Positions 1 through 12,606 of a DNA stretch of 64,000 nt are shown here, piece by piece; within the stretch, counting starts at the first letter, position 1; the number at the start of each line of letters is the position of its first letter. Made by a program: the position numbers and the translations under genes. This stretch comes from Escherichia coli (GTDB lineage: Bacteria; Pseudomonadota; Gammaproteobacteria; Enterobacterales; Enterobacteriaceae): the NCBI RefSeq assembly GCF_050920415.1, contig NZ_CP169309.1; one strand, 5' to 3'. The notes below the pieces were generated by a model, which ran no database searches, had not been told where the DNA came from, and was given only the letters and a program-made list of their open reading frames with translations.

Positions 1-582
1 TTTCAGCAAATCTTCCCGACCACTTTCCGCCAGCCCCAGCATGGTGAAATAGGAATCCCAGTAGTAGGTTTCGCTAAAACGGCCCCCTGGAACAATGTAA
101 GACTGTGGCAGCGCCAGCAGGGAAGACCACGGAATGTGATCTTGCGGTTCGCGGGTAAGCACCGGCCACAGCTGGTCGATATGTTCTTTCAGGGAATTTT
201 GCGGGTCCGATACATACTCGCTGGAGTAGGTCTCCGGCAGCCAGAAGTGATTTTCAACAAACTTGCGCAAGTCAAAATCACGATGACGGCGCACTTTACG
301 ATAGCGGATTAAAATATCCAGCGGGTCCATTTTGGGTGCGCAGTCGGGAAAGGTTTTACTGTCGGGGAAAATTTTCGCCGACTGAACATGCTCGAACAGT
401 TCGAGATAGCGATCGGCAGGCGTCAGCGCATCAGAGGCGGGCAGCCCTTCAATCATCTCGGGTTCTGGTTCTGCCTCGATCATCTCATCCAGTTTTAATT
501 CATACGGGTCCAGTTCATAGCAGAGATCGACCTCGATCATCAGTTCGTCTGGATTAGAGTTTTGAATTTTCTGATTGAGCAT
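1..582 (-). CDS. treF: Cytoplasmic trehalase TreF, N-terminal 194 codons; gene continues beyond window start
   Basis: Reverse-strand translation from ATG at 582 reads [33 protein letters not shown]..., recognised as TreF N-terminus; no stop in window. Confidence 0.9.
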   Translation of the reverse strand, partial: MLNQKIQNSNPDELMIEVDLCYELDPYELKLDEMIEAEPEPEMIEGLPASDALTPADRYLELFEHVQSAKIFPDSKTFPDCAPKMDPLDILIRYRKVRRHRDFDLRKFVENHFWLPETYSSEYVSDPQNSLKEHIDQLWPVLTREPQDHIPWSSLLALPQSYIVPGGRFSETYYWDSYFTMLGLAESGREDLLK

Positions 583-986
583 AAGGATCCGACCTCCGAA
601 ATTCGTCGCTAATTATCGGGCTTTTCTTTAAGGGTAGTCATTCGCTCCGCCTGGTGGGCGACAAAGCGTGCGGTGGATCACGTTTATTAACTTGTCAAAA
701 AATATAACGCACTAATATCAATAGAATTTATAAAAATACGGATTCCTTGTTGTTTTTCATTTTCAGAACATTCAATCCTGCTCTCGCCGCAATCATGATA
801 TGCCATTCCTGCTCTGTATAATAGGCGCAGGCTATCTTATTGATAGTTTATATTCATGTAATTGATTGATTCCTATCAAAAAGCGTATTTCCCTGTTTTT
901 TATGATGGCTTTGTCTCGCAGAGACGTTTGCAGCATTCTGGAAAATTTTCTGGGTCACAATAACTCACCACCGTGAGGGAAGAATA

Positions 987-2384
987 ATGAAAATGGTCTC
1001 ACGTATTACCGCGATCGGCCTGGCTGGCGTCGCGATTTGCTATTTAGGGTTATCTGGTTATGTGTGGTACCACGATAATAAACGCAGTAAACAGGCCGAT
1101 GTTCAGGCATCTGCTGTCAGTGAAAATAATCAGGTTTTAGGTTTTCTTCGCGAAAAAGGATGCGACTATTGTCATACGCCTTCGGCAGAATTACCCGCCT
1201 ATTATTATATTCCTGGCGCGAAACAGTTGATGGATTACGACATTAAGCTTGGATATAAATCTTTTAACCTCGAGGCCGTGCGTGCGGCTCTGTTGGCAGA
1301 TAAACCCGTTTCGCAAAGCGATCTGAATAAGATTGAATGGGTGATGCAGTATGAAACTATGCCGCCAACGCGTTACACCGCGCTACACTGGGCGGGTAAG
1401 GTGAGTGATGAAGAGCGGGCGGAAATACTTGCCTGGATTGCAAAACAGCGCGCGGAATATTACGCCAGTAATGATACTGCTCCGGAGCATCGCAATGAAC
1501 CGGTGCAGCCTATTCCGCAAAAACTACCTACCGATGCGCAAAAAGTGGCGTTGGGTTTTGCGCTGTATCATGATCCCCGTTTATCGGCTGATAGCACCAT
1601 TTCATGTGCACATTGCCATGCGTTAAATGCGGGTGGCGTTGATGGCAGAAAAACGTCGATTGGTGTTGGTGGTGCCGTTGGACCGATTAACGCACCGACG
1701 GTATTTAACTCAGTATTTAACGTTGAGCAGTTCTGGGATGGTCGTGCGGCAACATTGCAGGATCAGGCGGGTGGACCGCCGTTGAACCCGATTGAAATGG
1801 CGTCGAAATCCTGGGACGAAATTATTGCTAAGCTGGAAAAAGATCCGCAGCTTAAAGCGCAGTTCCTCGAAGTCTATCCGCAAGGTTTCAGTGGCGAAAA
1901 TATTACTGATGCTATTGCTGAATTTGAGAAAACATTAATTACGCCGGATTCCCCATTTGATAAATGGTTGCGTGGAGATGAGAATGCGCTGACGGTGCAA
2001 CAGAAAAAAGGCTATCAATTATTTAAAGATAATAAATGTGCAACTTGTCATGGTGGTATTATTCTCGGCGGACGTTCTTTCGAGCCGTTGGGGCTGAAAA
2101 AAGACTTTAACTTTGGGGAAATTACGGCGGCGGATATTGGTCGTATGAATGTTACTAAAGAAGAGCGTGATAAATTGCGTCAGAAAGTACCCGGTTTACG
2201 TAACGTTGCTTTAACGGCACCGTACTTCCATCGCGGTGACGTGCCGACGCTGGACGGGGCGGTAAAACTGATGCTGCGCTATCAGGTAGGCAAAGAGCTG
2301 CCGCAGGAGGATGTGGATGATATCGTAGCTTTCCTGCACAGTCTGAACGGGGTATACACGCCGTATATGCGGGATAAACAATAA
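987..2384 (+). CDS. yhjA: Di-haem cytochrome c peroxidase YhjA (Ccp), 465 aa
   Basis: ORF track 465 aa; three CxxCH haem-binding motifs (CDYCH, CAHCH, CATCH); recognised sequence. Confidence 0.95.
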   Translation: MKMVSRITAIGLAGVAICYLGLSGYVWYHDNKRSKQADVQASAVSENNQVLGFLREKGCDYCHTPSAELPAYYYIPGAKQLMDYDIKLGYKSFNLEAVRAALLADKPVSQSDLNKIEWVMQYETMPPTRYTALHWAGKVSDEERAEILAWIAKQRAEYYASNDTAPEHRNEPVQPIPQKLPTDAQKVALGFALYHDPRLSADSTISCAHCHALNAGGVDGRKTSIGVGGAVGPINAPTVFNSVFNVEQFWDGRAATLQDQAGGPPLNPIEMASKSWDEIIAKLEKDPQLKAQFLEVYPQGFSGENITDAIAEFEKTLITPDSPFDKWLRGDENALTVQQKKGYQLFKDNKCATCHGGIILGGRSFEPLGLKKDFNFGEITAADIGRMNVTKEERDKLRQKVPGLRNVALTAPYFHRGDVPTLDGAVKLMLRYQVGKELPQEDVDDIVAFLHSLNGVYTPYMRDKQ

Positions 2385-2391
2385 TTAATTT

Positions 2392-2426
2392 GATCGCCCG
2401 AACAGGAATGTTTGGGCGATTTTTAT
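2392..2426 (+). terminator. Rho-independent terminator downstream of yhjA
   Basis: GC stem atcgcccgaac / gtttgggcgat followed by TTTTT. Confidence 0.6.
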
Positions 2427-2495
2427 TACGACAATAAAGTCTGTTTTTAATATTATCATGTTAAATGTTTATATTATAAAAAGTCGTTTTTCTGC

Positions 2496-2515
2496 TTAGG
2501 ATTTTGTTATTTAAA
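2496..2515 (+). promoter_or_regulatory. GAD box (GadE/GadX/GadW binding site) upstream of gadA
   Basis: Exact 20-mer TTAGGATTTTGTTATTTAAA about 80 bp upstream of gadA start; established consensus for gadA/gadB promoters. Confidence 0.8.
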
Positions 2516-2594
2516 TTAAGCCTGTAATGCCTTGCTTCCATTGCGGATAAATCCTACTTTTTTATTGCCTTCAAATAAATTTAAGGAGTTCGAA

Positions 2595-3995
2595 ATGGAC
2601 CAGAAGCTGTTAACGGATTTCCGCTCAGAACTACTCGATTCACGTTTTGGCGCAAAGGCCATTTCTACTATCGCGGAGTCAAAACGATTTCCGCTGCACG
2701 AAATGCGCGATGATGTCGCATTCCAGATTATCAATGACGAATTATATCTTGATGGCAACGCTCGTCAGAACCTGGCCACTTTCTGCCAGACCTGGGACGA
2801 CGAAAACGTCCATAAATTGATGGATTTGTCGATCAACAAAAACTGGATCGACAAAGAAGAATATCCGCAATCTGCAGCTATCGACCTGCGTTGCGTAAAT
2901 ATGGTTGCTGACTTGTGGCATGCGCCTGCGCCGAAAAATGGTCAGGCCGTTGGCACCAACACCATTGGCTCTTCCGAGGCCTGTATGCTCGGCGGGATGG
3001 CGATGAAATGGCGTTGGCGCAAGCGTATGGAAGCCGCAGGCAAGCCAACGGATAAACCTAATCTGGTGTGCGGCCCGGTACAAATCTGCTGGCATAAATT
3101 CGCCCGTTACTGGGATGTGGAGCTGCGTGAAATCCCTATGCGTCCCGGTCAGTTGTTTATGGATCCGAAACGCATGATTGAAGCCTGCGACGAAAACACC
3201 ATCGGCGTGGTGCCGACTTTCGGTGTGACCTACACCGGTAACTATGAATTCCCGCAACCGCTGCACGATGCACTGGATAAATTCCAGGCCGACACCGGTA
3301 TCGACATCGACATGCACATCGACGCCGCCAGCGGTGGCTTCCTGGCACCGTTCGTCGCCCCGGATATCGTCTGGGACTTCCGCCTGCCTCGTGTGAAATC
3401 GATCAGTGCTTCAGGCCATAAATTCGGTCTGGCTCCGCTGGGCTGCGGCTGGGTTATCTGGCGTGATGAAGAAGCGCTGCCGCAGGAACTGGTGTTCAAC
3501 GTTGACTACCTCGGTGGTCAGATTGGGACTTTCGCCATCAACTTCTCCCGTCCGGCGGGCCAGGTGATTGCACAATACTATGAGTTTCTGCGCCTCGGTC
3601 GTGAAGGCTATACCAAAGTACAGAACGCTTCCTACCAGGTTGCCGCTTATCTGGCGGATGAAATCGCCAAACTGGGGCCGTATGAGTTCATCTGTACCGG
3701 TCGCCCGGACGAAGGCATCCCGGCGGTTTGCTTCAAACTGAAAGATGGTGAAGACCCGGGATACACCCTCTACGACCTCTCTGAACGTCTGCGCCTGCGC
3801 GGCTGGCAGGTTCCGGCCTTCACCCTCGGCGGTGAAGCGACCGATATCGTGGTGATGCGCATTATGTGCCGTCGCGGCTTCGAAATGGACTTTGCTGAAC
3901 TGTTACTGGAAGACTACAAAGCCTCCCTGAAATACCTCAGCGATCACCCGAAACTGCAGGGTATAGCCCAGCAGAACAGCTTTAAACATACCTAA
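2595..3995 (+). CDS. gadA: Glutamate decarboxylase alpha, 466 aa
   Basis: [19 protein letters not shown]... recognised; AAGGAG RBS at 2583-2588; ORF-track ORF begins 21 codons upstream at 2532 but the RBS-backed ATG is 2595. Confidence 0.96.
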   Translation: MDQKLLTDFRSELLDSRFGAKAISTIAESKRFPLHEMRDDVAFQIINDELYLDGNARQNLATFCQTWDDENVHKLMDLSINKNWIDKEEYPQSAAIDLRCVNMVADLWHAPAPKNGQAVGTNTIGSSEACMLGGMAMKWRWRKRMEAAGKPTDKPNLVCGPVQICWHKFARYWDVELREIPMRPGQLFMDPKRMIEACDENTIGVVPTFGVTYTGNYEFPQPLHDALDKFQADTGIDIDMHIDAASGGFLAPFVAPDIVWDFRLPRVKSISASGHKFGLAPLGCGWVIWRDEEALPQELVFNVDYLGGQIGTFAINFSRPAGQVIAQYYEFLRLGREGYTKVQNASYQVAAYLADEIAKLGPYEFICTGRPDEGIPAVCFKLKDGEDPGYTLYDLSERLRLRGWQVPAFTLGGEATDIVVMRIMCRRGFEMDFAELLLEDYKASLKYLSDHPKLQGIAQQNSFKHT

Positions 3996-4363
3996 TAACA
4001 TAATGTTGTAAAAACCGAATGCCCCGACCTTCAAAAACAGGTGGGGCATTCGGTTACTTATTAATGCAATAATATATTGGCTGTTTATTCATCGTGTTGA
4101 TAAGATATATGTTATATGAATGTTATTAAGGGTGGCGAGACCGTTTAATATCACAATAAGGGATTATTTGCTTACTAATAATTCCTCTGCGTTTTAAACG
4201 TCTTTTTTTGTATTATAAATCCAGTTATCCAGCCCGACTATCATCACACATCATCATCCTGTTTTCCCGCTTCGTTTAAATTTATTTATCAATCAATTTG
4301 ACTTAAGAGGGCGGCGTGCTACATTAATAAACAGTAATATGTTTATGTAATATTAAGCCGACT

Positions 4364-5188
4364 ATGCAATCACTACATGGTAATTGTCTAATTGCGTACG
4401 CAAGACATAAATATATTCTCACCATGGTTAATGGTGAATATCGCTATTTTAATGGCGGTGAACTGGTTTTTGCGGATGCAAGTCAAATTCAAGTGGATAA
4501 GTGTGTCGAGAATTTTGTATTAGTTTCAAGGGACACGCTTTCATTATTTCTCCCGATGCTCAAGGAGGAGGCATTAAATCTTCATGCACATAAAAAAGTT
4601 CCTTCGTTACTCGTTCATCACTGTACCAGAGATATTCCTGTTTTTCAGGAGGTTGCGCAACTATCGCAGAATAAGAATCTGCGCTATGCAGAAATGCTCC
4701 GTAAAAGAGCATTAATCTTTGCGTTGTTATCTGTTTTCCTGGAGGACGAGCAGTTTATACCGCTGCTTCTGAACGTTTTGCAACCGAACATGCGAACACG
4801 AGTTTGTACGGTCATCAATAATAATATCGCCCATGAGTGGACATTAGCCCAAATCGCCAGCGAGCTGTTGATGAGTTCAAGCCTGTTAAAGAAAAAATTG
4901 CGCGAAGAAGGTACGTCATATTCACAGTTGCTTACTGAGTGTAGAATGCAACGTGCTTTGCAACTTATTGTTATACATGGTTTTTCAATTAAGCGAGTTG
5001 CAGTGTCCTGTGGTTATCACAGCGTGTCGTATTTCATTTACGTTTTTCGAAATTATTATGGGATGACGCCCACAGAGTATCAGGAGCGATCAGCACAAGA
5101 ATTGCCGAACCGTGACTCGGTGGCAAGTATTGTTGCGCAAGGGAATTTTTACGGTACTAACTATTCTGCGGAAGAAATAAGATTATAG
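4364..5188 (+). CDS. gadX: AraC-family acid-resistance regulator GadX, 274 aa
   Basis: ORF track 274 aa, recognised sequence; AraC-type HTH C-terminus. Confidence 0.95.
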   Translation: MQSLHGNCLIAYARHKYILTMVNGEYRYFNGGELVFADASQIQVDKCVENFVLVSRDTLSLFLPMLKEEALNLHAHKKVPSLLVHHCTRDIPVFQEVAQLSQNKNLRYAEMLRKRALIFALLSVFLEDEQFIPLLLNVLQPNMRTRVCTVINNNIAHEWTLAQIASELLMSSSLLKKKLREEGTSYSQLLTECRMQRALQLIVIHGFSIKRVAVSCGYHSVSYFIYVFRNYYGMTPTEYQERSAQELPNRDSVASIVAQGNFYGTNYSAEEIRL

Positions 5189-5203
5189 TTTTTACCCAGA
5201 CAT

Positions 5204-5309
5204 AAAAAAAACCCGGCATAGGGGACCGGGAAGAGGATAGTCTGCCGTCTCCAGACTAATAAACCGTTATAACACTCCCTGTTGGCACGGGAAACTTTGT
5301 GCTCTCAGT
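5204..5309 (-). ncRNA. gadY: GadY small RNA, antisense to gadX 3' region
   Basis: Reverse complement reads ACTGAGAGCACAAAGTTTCCCGTGCCAACAGGG...CCCGGTCCCCTATGCCGGGTTTTTTTT: terminal hairpin plus U-run on minus strand; recognised GadY sequence; ends approximate. Confidence 0.8.
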
Positions 5310-5555
5310 AAGTTAAATATAACTTTTACTGGAGATAAGATCAGCCATTTTTTTATAAACATAAGCTATGCGCTGTGTGAAAATATATTCTTCTTGCATT
5401 TTCTTATTATCAATTAACTGTTATGTCAAACTACTTTTTGGATAACTTTTGGTCCTACCAAATATGGCAGTTTATGCACGAAGAAGCGGTCTGGCATCAT
5501 TTCATTAGTATACTGAAATTGAAATAATCGCAGTAATGAAATATAAGGGATAGTC

Positions 5556-6284
5556 ATGACTCATGTCTGCTCGGTGATCCTCGTTCGTCGTTCATTGGAT
5601 ATTCATCATGAACAGCAAAAAATATCGTTGCACAACGAAAGTATTCTACTGCTGGATAAAAATTTGGCAGACGATTTTGCGTTTTGTTCACCGGATACAC
5701 GACGACTGGATATCGATGAGCTGACAGTTTGCCATTACTTACAAAATATTCGTCAGTTACCGCGCAATTTAGGGTTACATAGCAAAGACCGTTTGTTAAT
5801 TAACCAGTCCCCGCCCATGCCTCTGGTGACGGCGATTTTTGATAGTTTCAATGAATCCGGAGTAAATTCGCCGATACTGAGCAATATGCTCTACCTTTCC
5901 TGTTTATCTATGTTTTCTCATAAGAAAGAACTAATCCCCTTACTTTTCAATAGTATCAGCACTGTTTCAGGAAAAGTTGAACGCCTTATTAGCTTTGATA
6001 TCGCTAAACGTTGGTATCTACGCGATATCGCGGAAAGAATGTATACCAGCGAGAGTCTCATCAAAAAAAAGTTGCAGGACGAAAATACCTGTTTCAGTAA
6101 AATATTACTCGCTTCCAGGATGTCGATGGCCAGACGATTACTCGAGTTACGTCAAATTCCTCTACATACTATTGCGGAAAAATGTGGGTATAGCAGTACG
6201 TCGTACTTTATAAACACATTTCGACAATATTATGGTGTAACGCCACATCAGTTTGCGCAACATTCGCCAGGTACCTTTTCCTGA
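5556..6284 (+). CDS. gadW: AraC-family regulator GadW, 242 aa
   Basis: ORF track 242 aa, recognised sequence. Confidence 0.95.
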   Translation: MTHVCSVILVRRSLDIHHEQQKISLHNESILLLDKNLADDFAFCSPDTRRLDIDELTVCHYLQNIRQLPRNLGLHSKDRLLINQSPPMPLVTAIFDSFNESGVNSPILSNMLYLSCLSMFSHKKELIPLLFNSISTVSGKVERLISFDIAKRWYLRDIAERMYTSESLIKKKLQDENTCFSKILLASRMSMARRLLELRQIPLHTIAEKCGYSSTSYFINTFRQYYGVTPHQFAQHSPGTFS

Positions 6285-6646
6285 CATATTTCGCATTTGA
6301 ATATTGGTCAGGATCTCACACGTGCTTCATGTGAAACTCTTCCCTGATGATTTCTGCCGGGCTACCGGCTAGTTCTCTTTCGCAGTATGCCAGGCGGTAT
6401 AGGTATTTTCAGGAGGAAAAGACTCGGCATGTTTGGGATTATTAAGCTGACAATTCATACGATTACGGGAATGTGGGTCAGTATTGTGCTGTTCAAATTG
6501 ATGACGAATGGCTGGAGTGGTTTTTACTTTCAGTGCTGTGTACTAAGCCTGGTATTCCTGACGGTTAGCTGGTTGTTGAGTGGTGAATGGTTAGCAGGAA
6601 AGAGTAAGGCTGAACCCTCACGTTCAACCTTACTCTCATTTACACG

Positions 6647-9600
6647 TTACGCTTTTTTAAAGCGGGCAAAGAGATGTTCCACTACAACGAAAAAGACTGG
6701 AACGAAGTAAATGGCCAGCACTGTTGCGGCAAACATCCCGCCCATCACGCCGGTACCTACCGCGTTTTGCGCGCCGGAACCGGCACCGTGGCTGATTACC
6801 AGCGGCAACACGCCGAGAATAAAGGCCAGAGAGGTCATCAGGATTGGGCGTAAACGCATCCGCGCCGCTTCGATGATTGCCTCTATCGGCGTTTTCCCTT
6901 CTTTCTGCATCATCTCAACGGCAAATTCGACGATCAGGATGGCGTTCTTGGCGGAAAGCCCGATGGTAGTCAGCAAACCAACCTGGAAGTAGACGTCATT
7001 ACTTAAGCCGCGCAGATCGGTGGCCAGTAATGCGCCAACGACACCTAACGGTACAACCAACATCACCGAGAACGGAATTGACCAGCTCTCATAAAGTGCG
7101 GCAAGGGCGAGGAACACCACGACCAGTGAAATGGCATACAGCGCGGGAGCCTGGTTTGAGGATAACGCTTCCTGATACGACAGTCCGGTCCACGAGTAGC
7201 CGACGCCTGCCGGAAGTTTAGCGACCAGGTCTGCCATAAATTTCATAGCGTCACCGGTACTTTTCCCGGCCGCCGCTTCACCTAAAATCTCCATTGACGG
7301 GATGCCGTTGTAGCGTTCCAGTCGCGGTGAACCATAGGTCCATTCGGTAGACGAATAGGCCGAAAGCGGTGCCATCGTGCCAGAGGCGTTGCGTACATAC
7401 CACTGGTTGATGTTATCCGGCAACATACGGAACGGCGTGCCTGCCTGGACATACACTTTTTTCACCCGCCCCTGGTTGAGGAAGTCGTTCACGTAGCTGC
7501 TGCCGAAGGCGGTGGAAATTGTCTGGTTGATATCAGACAGCGCCACACCCATTGCCTCGGCTTTCGCGGCGTTGACGTTCACTTTGAACATCGGCGTATC
7601 TTCCAGTCCGTTCGGGCGTACCCCGGTGACCTGATTCGGTGATTGCGCTGCCAGTGATAATAGCTCGTTTCGCGCCTGGGTCAGTTTTTCGTGCCCCAGG
7701 TTACCGTTGTCCAGCAGTTCCATATCAAAACCTGACGCGGTACCCAGTTCAGCCACCGCGGGTAAGTTGAACGGGAAGACGACGGCTTTATTGATACTGC
7801 TTAACGCAATCATTGCCCGCTGAATGATCGCGGTAACCGAGTTTTCCTCACCGACACGTTCAGACCACGGTTTGAGGCTGATAAACGCCAGACCGTTGTT
7901 TTGCCCCTGGCCACTGAAGCCAAAGCCGCCAACGGTAAACACCGACTGAACATTATCTTTCTCTTTTGTCAGATAATAATCAGTCACCTGTTGCAGCACT
8001 TTCTTGGTGTTAACCATGGTTGCACCGGAAGGTAACTGCGCGGTGGTCATAAATACCCCCTGATCCTCTTCTGGTAAGAAAGAGGTCGGCGTACGCAGGA
8101 ACAGCACCGCCATCCCGGCGCAAATCAGCAGGTAGACCACCATGTAGCGACCGGTACAACGCAACAGCGAGCGGGTGCTGTCGGTATAGTGATGAGTCGA
8201 TTTTTCAAACAGCGTGTTGAAGCGTGCGAACAGGGCGTTAGGTTTGTGACCGCCTTCCGGCGCGGCTTTCAGAATGGTGGCGCACAGGGCAGGGGTCAGG
8301 CTCATTGCCACAAATACTGAAAGCAGCATCGAGGAGATCAGCGTGATGGAGAACTGTCGGTAGATCTCCCCGGTTGCACCGCTCATAAAGGCCATCGGCA
8401 TAAACACTGCGGAAAGAACAACGGCAATCCCGACCAGCGCACGTTGGATCTGCCCCATCGATTTATGCGTCGCTTCCTTCGGCGGTAGTTTATCTTCCGC
8501 AATGACACGCTCGACGTTCTCCACCACCACGATGGCGTCATCCACCAGTAACCCTATCGCCAGCACCATCCCGAACATAGTTAACGTGTTGATGGTGAAA
8601 CCGACCGCCGACAAGATCGCAAACGTCCCGAGAATAACCACCGGTACGGCAATCGTCGGGATGATTGTGGCGCGGAAATTCTGCAAAAACAGATACATGA
8701 CCAGGAAGACGAGGATGATAGCCTCAACCAGCGTTTTGAAAACTTCCTGAATAGAAATTTTGATAAACGGTGTGGTGTCGTAAGGATAAACCGTCTTCAG
8801 GCTTGCGGGGAAATAAGCCGATAAACGGTTCAGCTCCTCTTTCACCGCTCGCGAGGTATCCAGGGCGTTTGCTCCGGTAGCCAGTTTGATGGCGATCCCG
8901 GCAGCAGGTTTGCCGTTATAGCGCGCCACGGTGGAATAATCTTCCGCCCCAAGTTCGACGCGGGCGACATCACGCAGCAGTACTTGCGAACCATCTTGCT
9001 GAACTTTCAACAGGATTTTGCCAAATTCTTCCGGCGTTTGCAGACGCGTCTGCACAATGATCGAGGCGTTCAGTTGCTGGTCTGCCGCCTGTGGCATGCC
9101 ACCCAGTTGACCACCAGAAATCTGGTTGTTTTGCACCTTAATCTGGGAAATAACATCGGAAGGTACCAGGTTGTATTTATTGAGTTTTTGCGGGTCCAGC
9201 CAGATACGCATGGCATACTCGGAACCAAAGAGTTGTACGCTACCAACGCCCGCGGTACGGCTTAGCGGGTCTTTGATATTAGACGCTACATAGTCCGCGA
9301 TATCGTACTGGTTGAGACTGCCGTTATCAGAAATAAACGCCGCTACCATCAGGATATTACTGCTCGACTTATCGACGCTAATACCCTGCTGCTGCACCGC
9401 TTCAGGTAATGAAGGCATAGCGAGTTGCAGTTTATTTTGCACCTGAACCTGCGCGATATCAGGCGATGTCCCCGTCTCGAAGGTCAGAGTGATGGAGGCA
9501 TTACCCGCCGCATCGCTGGTTGAAGACATGTACATCAGGCCATCAAGCCCATTCATATTTTGCTCAATCACCTGAGTGACCGAGTCTTCTACCGTTTGCG

Positions 9601-9760
9601 CATCGGCACCCGGATAGGTTGCGCTGACGGTAATGGTTGGTGGCGCAATCTGCGGATATTGCGCAACCGGTAAGTTCATGATCGCCAGACCACCTGCAAG
9701 CATCATAATAATGGCAAGTACCCAGGCAAAAACCGGGCGATCAATAAAATAGTTAGCCAT
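6647..9760 (-). CDS. mdtF: RND multidrug efflux pump MdtF, 1037 aa
   Basis: ORF track 1037 aa; AcrB-like sequence [24 protein letters not shown]... Confidence 0.96.
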   Translation of the reverse strand: MANYFIDRPVFAWVLAIIMMLAGGLAIMNLPVAQYPQIAPPTITVSATYPGADAQTVEDSVTQVIEQNMNGLDGLMYMSSTSDAAGNASITLTFETGTSPDIAQVQVQNKLQLAMPSLPEAVQQQGISVDKSSSNILMVAAFISDNGSLNQYDIADYVASNIKDPLSRTAGVGSVQLFGSEYAMRIWLDPQKLNKYNLVPSDVISQIKVQNNQISGGQLGGMPQAADQQLNASIIVQTRLQTPEEFGKILLKVQQDGSQVLLRDVARVELGAEDYSTVARYNGKPAAGIAIKLATGANALDTSRAVKEELNRLSAYFPASLKTVYPYDTTPFIKISIQEVFKTLVEAIILVFLVMYLFLQNFRATIIPTIAVPVVILGTFAILSAVGFTINTLTMFGMVLAIGLLVDDAIVVVENVERVIAEDKLPPKEATHKSMGQIQRALVGIAVVLSAVFMPMAFMSGATGEIYRQFSITLISSMLLSVFVAMSLTPALCATILKAAPEGGHKPNALFARFNTLFEKSTHHYTDSTRSLLRCTGRYMVVYLLICAGMAVLFLRTPTSFLPEEDQGVFMTTAQLPSGATMVNTKKVLQQVTDYYLTKEKDNVQSVFTVGGFGFSGQGQNNGLAFISLKPWSERVGEENSVTAIIQRAMIALSSINKAVVFPFNLPAVAELGTASGFDMELLDNGNLGHEKLTQARNELLSLAAQSPNQVTGVRPNGLEDTPMFKVNVNAAKAEAMGVALSDINQTISTAFGSSYVNDFLNQGRVKKVYVQAGTPFRMLPDNINQWYVRNASGTMAPLSAYSSTEWTYGSPRLERYNGIPSMEILGEAAAGKSTGDAMKFMADLVAKLPAGVGYSWTGLSYQEALSSNQAPALYAISLVVVFLALAALYESWSIPFSVMLVVPLGVVGALLATDLRGLSNDVYFQVGLLTTIGLSAKNAILIVEFAVEMMQKEGKTPIEAIIEAARMRLRPILMTSLAFILGVLPLVISHGAGSGAQNAVGTGVMGGMFAATVLAIYFVPVFFVVVEHLFARFKKA

Positions 9761-9784
9761 GAAAGTCCCCTTAAGCCTGCAACG

Positions 9785-10942
9785 TTATTGTTTCGATTCG
9801 GTGCTGGCGTTTTCCTGGCTGGAGGAAATTGCACGTGCTTTGATACCCGGATGAATACGTTGCAAACCGGAAACGATCACCCGATCGCCAGCCTGCAAGC
9901 CAGAGGTGACAACCCACTGGTCACCGATGGCTTTGCTGGCTTCGATTTCGCGTAGCTGCACGACATCGTCTTTATCCAGAATGAGTGCCGTTGCTTTACC
10001 CTGGGCGTTGTGGGTGACGCCTTCCTGCGGCACCAGTAATACATTCTGGCGGCTACCTTCATCCACTAATGCCGTGACATACATACCTGGCAGCAAATCA
10101 CCATTGGGATTGGGGAAAATTGCCCGTAAGGTCACGGACCCCGTGGTTTCATCCACCGTCGGGTCGGAGAATTTCAGCGTGCCGGTCTGGCTGTAACGTT
10201 TACCATTTTCCAGATTGAGCTGTACTGGCGTACTGCCCTGAACCTGTTTGATTTGTCCACTGGCGACCTCTTCTTTCATGCGCAAAAAATCCTGCACCGA
10301 CTGCGTGAGATCGACATAAATCGGGTCCAGACGTTGCACGGTAACCAGTGAATCGGCTTGATTAGCGGTAACGAGTGCGCCGACGGTCACCGATGATTTT
10401 CCGCTGACGCCCGTAATCGGCGAGGTGACATTCGCGTATTGCAGGTTGATAGTCGCCTGTTCAACAGCCGCTTTGGCGACGGTGACATTGGCTTCTGCTT
10501 CATTCAGCTGGGTGCGTGCGGTGTCGTAATCCTGACGGCTAACGTAGTTGGTCTTCAGCAATGATGCCTGGCGGTTAAAGGTGATGCGGGCATTGCTGGC
10601 GGTTGAGAGTGCTTTCGCCAACGAGCCTTTGGCGGAGTTTAGATCGGCCTGTAAAGGCGCAGGATCAATCTGATACAGCGAATCGCCCTGGTTCACTTTA
10701 TCGCCTTCGATAAAGTTGCGTTTAATGATAATACCGCCCACCTGGGGGCGTATCTCGGCAACTTCATAAGGAACGGTTCTACCGGGCAATTCGCTCAACA
10801 CATTGACCGAACCGGGGGAGAGTGTGACGACACCGACCTCAGGCGTCATGGCGGCGGCGTTTTCCGTCGATTTGTCATCGCAGGCGGTGAGCATCGCGCC
10901 GCAGAATAACAACGGTATTAACAGTTTTCTTCTTCTGTTCAT
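9785..10942 (-). CDS. mdtE: RND membrane-fusion lipoprotein MdtE, 385 aa
   Basis: ORF track 385 aa; lipobox LTAC; recognised. Confidence 0.95.
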   Translation of the reverse strand: MNRRRKLLIPLLFCGAMLTACDDKSTENAAAMTPEVGVVTLSPGSVNVLSELPGRTVPYEVAEIRPQVGGIIIKRNFIEGDKVNQGDSLYQIDPAPLQADLNSAKGSLAKALSTASNARITFNRQASLLKTNYVSRQDYDTARTQLNEAEANVTVAKAAVEQATINLQYANVTSPITGVSGKSSVTVGALVTANQADSLVTVQRLDPIYVDLTQSVQDFLRMKEEVASGQIKQVQGSTPVQLNLENGKRYSQTGTLKFSDPTVDETTGSVTLRAIFPNPNGDLLPGMYVTALVDEGSRQNVLLVPQEGVTHNAQGKATALILDKDDVVQLREIEASKAIGDQWVVTSGLQAGDRVIVSGLQRIHPGIKARAISSSQENASTESKQ

Positions 10943-11280
10943 TTTAGTCCCTGAAAATTCTTGAGATATAACGGTTCTTTAAATTGCGCGCGAGGAGAGG
11001 TATGAGGGATTTACAGACCAGCGGCATAGTGGGGTTGTCAGCCAGTAAGATGGGATGCAAGCACAGTGATCGACATGGTGAGGTCAACGACAAAAAAAAT
11101 GTTGCCGTTCTGCCAACAGTTCCTGCCAGCATTCGGGCAACGAAGGGTTCTACTGGTGGATACACATACCAGGGGAATAAAGTCGTTTTCGCCTCTCCTT
11201 TAGTCATCACCGGGGATAATGAAATCAGCATCTGCATCCCTCTTCATGCCTGCCATCATTTTCAGTTAATTATGTCCTGA

Positions 11281-11808
11281 CTAAAAATAAGATGTGATAC
11301 CCAGGGTGACGATGTCGCTCATACGTCTTAGTTTCAGCTTGTACATAATGTTGAATTTCTGAATCTTTAATGTTTGTTGCGAAATATTGAGCGTTGACGT
11401 GATATTGCTTTCGTTTTTGTTTTTCAGAATTAGCTGCATAATTTTGAACTGATTATGTGAAAAACATAATTGTGAATTCTTATGAGGCAAGTGTTTACCA
11501 TAAGTAATCTCAAGAAGATTTTTGATACTTTCTTTGCGGCTGACAAAATAAATAGGCGCTTTAGCTTTTAGTTTACTGATGTGATAAGGTGCCAAAACAA
11601 TAATTCTCTCGGCGTCTAATTTCTCCAGAAATTTAATCGCTTCTTCATCAAGGATATGGTTGTGATAGGTATCAATGATAACCTTGAAGGGTTTATTACC
11701 TACTTTTTTGATCTCTGACAGGGAATTGATTTTTATCATTTCGTGATTATCTTTCAACTGCCAAAAGCCCTGTAAAAGAAAAGAATCTTTCGTCATGAGA
11801 AAAATCAT
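11281..11808 (-). CDS. gadE: LuxR-family acid-resistance activator GadE, 175 aa
   Basis: ORF track 175 aa; recognised; long AT-rich upstream regulatory region 11809-12606. Confidence 0.95.
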   Translation of the reverse strand: MIFLMTKDSFLLQGFWQLKDNHEMIKINSLSEIKKVGNKPFKVIIDTYHNHILDEEAIKFLEKLDAERIIVLAPYHISKLKAKAPIYFVSRKESIKNLLEITYGKHLPHKNSQLCFSHNQFKIMQLILKNKNESNITSTLNISQQTLKIQKFNIMYKLKLRRMSDIVTLGITSYF

Positions 11809-12606
11809 AACTTACTCCTTAGCCGTTATCGTTTCGAACATGTCATCCTTTTCATTATTTACATCCCTGTCCGAATCGTTGTTCAATATAGTAAACGCCT
11901 ATAAGAACCTTGCCCTTCGTGAACTAATACGTCTATTAACACTAATCAATACTTCAGATTTATCCATCACGCACTCCATATATTGATCCTAAGTAAAATT
12001 CCTGGTTGTTATCAGATTGTAAGCTGCAAACAAAAAATTAACGTTTGCGGATTACTGCCCAAGAATAAGTTATCAATAACCAGTTTGTGATCTCTGAAGA
12101 ATATTACTAAAGTTAAAATGTAATCCGATTTAAATATCGAGTCTCCTTGTTTCGACTTAAGCTGGCAATTGGATTGCCAGCTTTCTTTTAACGCATTGAA
12201 ATTACCTGAGTAAATAACTCATTCATGTCTTCAGGTTTTTATATAGCGTCTGGAGACACGGATATTTATGCAATGTAATCAACGCCAGTTGCAAAAAAAT
12301 GAACCCGGATTACTTATTTAACCGCCCATAGCATCAACGTTTACGGAACTCTTTGTTCACTTTCCCACAGCACTTTTAAAACATTAAACCTGACTACGGA
12401 AAATATCAGCCATGATAATGTTTGAAATGGCTAATTTGCCATGCAATGAAAAAAATCAGATAAAATTCAGTAGGTTGAAATACTCATCAGCAGGTAATTA
12501 TTTCAATGATAGCGCGCAATTGATCTAAAATGCTGTGTAGCGGAGAGAGTATTAATTGGATCATAGTCACATCAAGTGACTATGATCCAGGTGGCAATAG
12601 GGATAA

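Noticed and set aside
2742-3317. 191-aa ORF on - strand (plus overlapping 3157-3348 and 3242-3499 ORFs)
   Set aside because: Antisense within gadA; spurious
6387-6710. 107-aa hydrophobic ORF in the gadW-mdtF convergent region
   Set aside because: Overlaps the mdtF 3' end by 64 nt, no RBS, no recognisable features; likely spurious though not excluded
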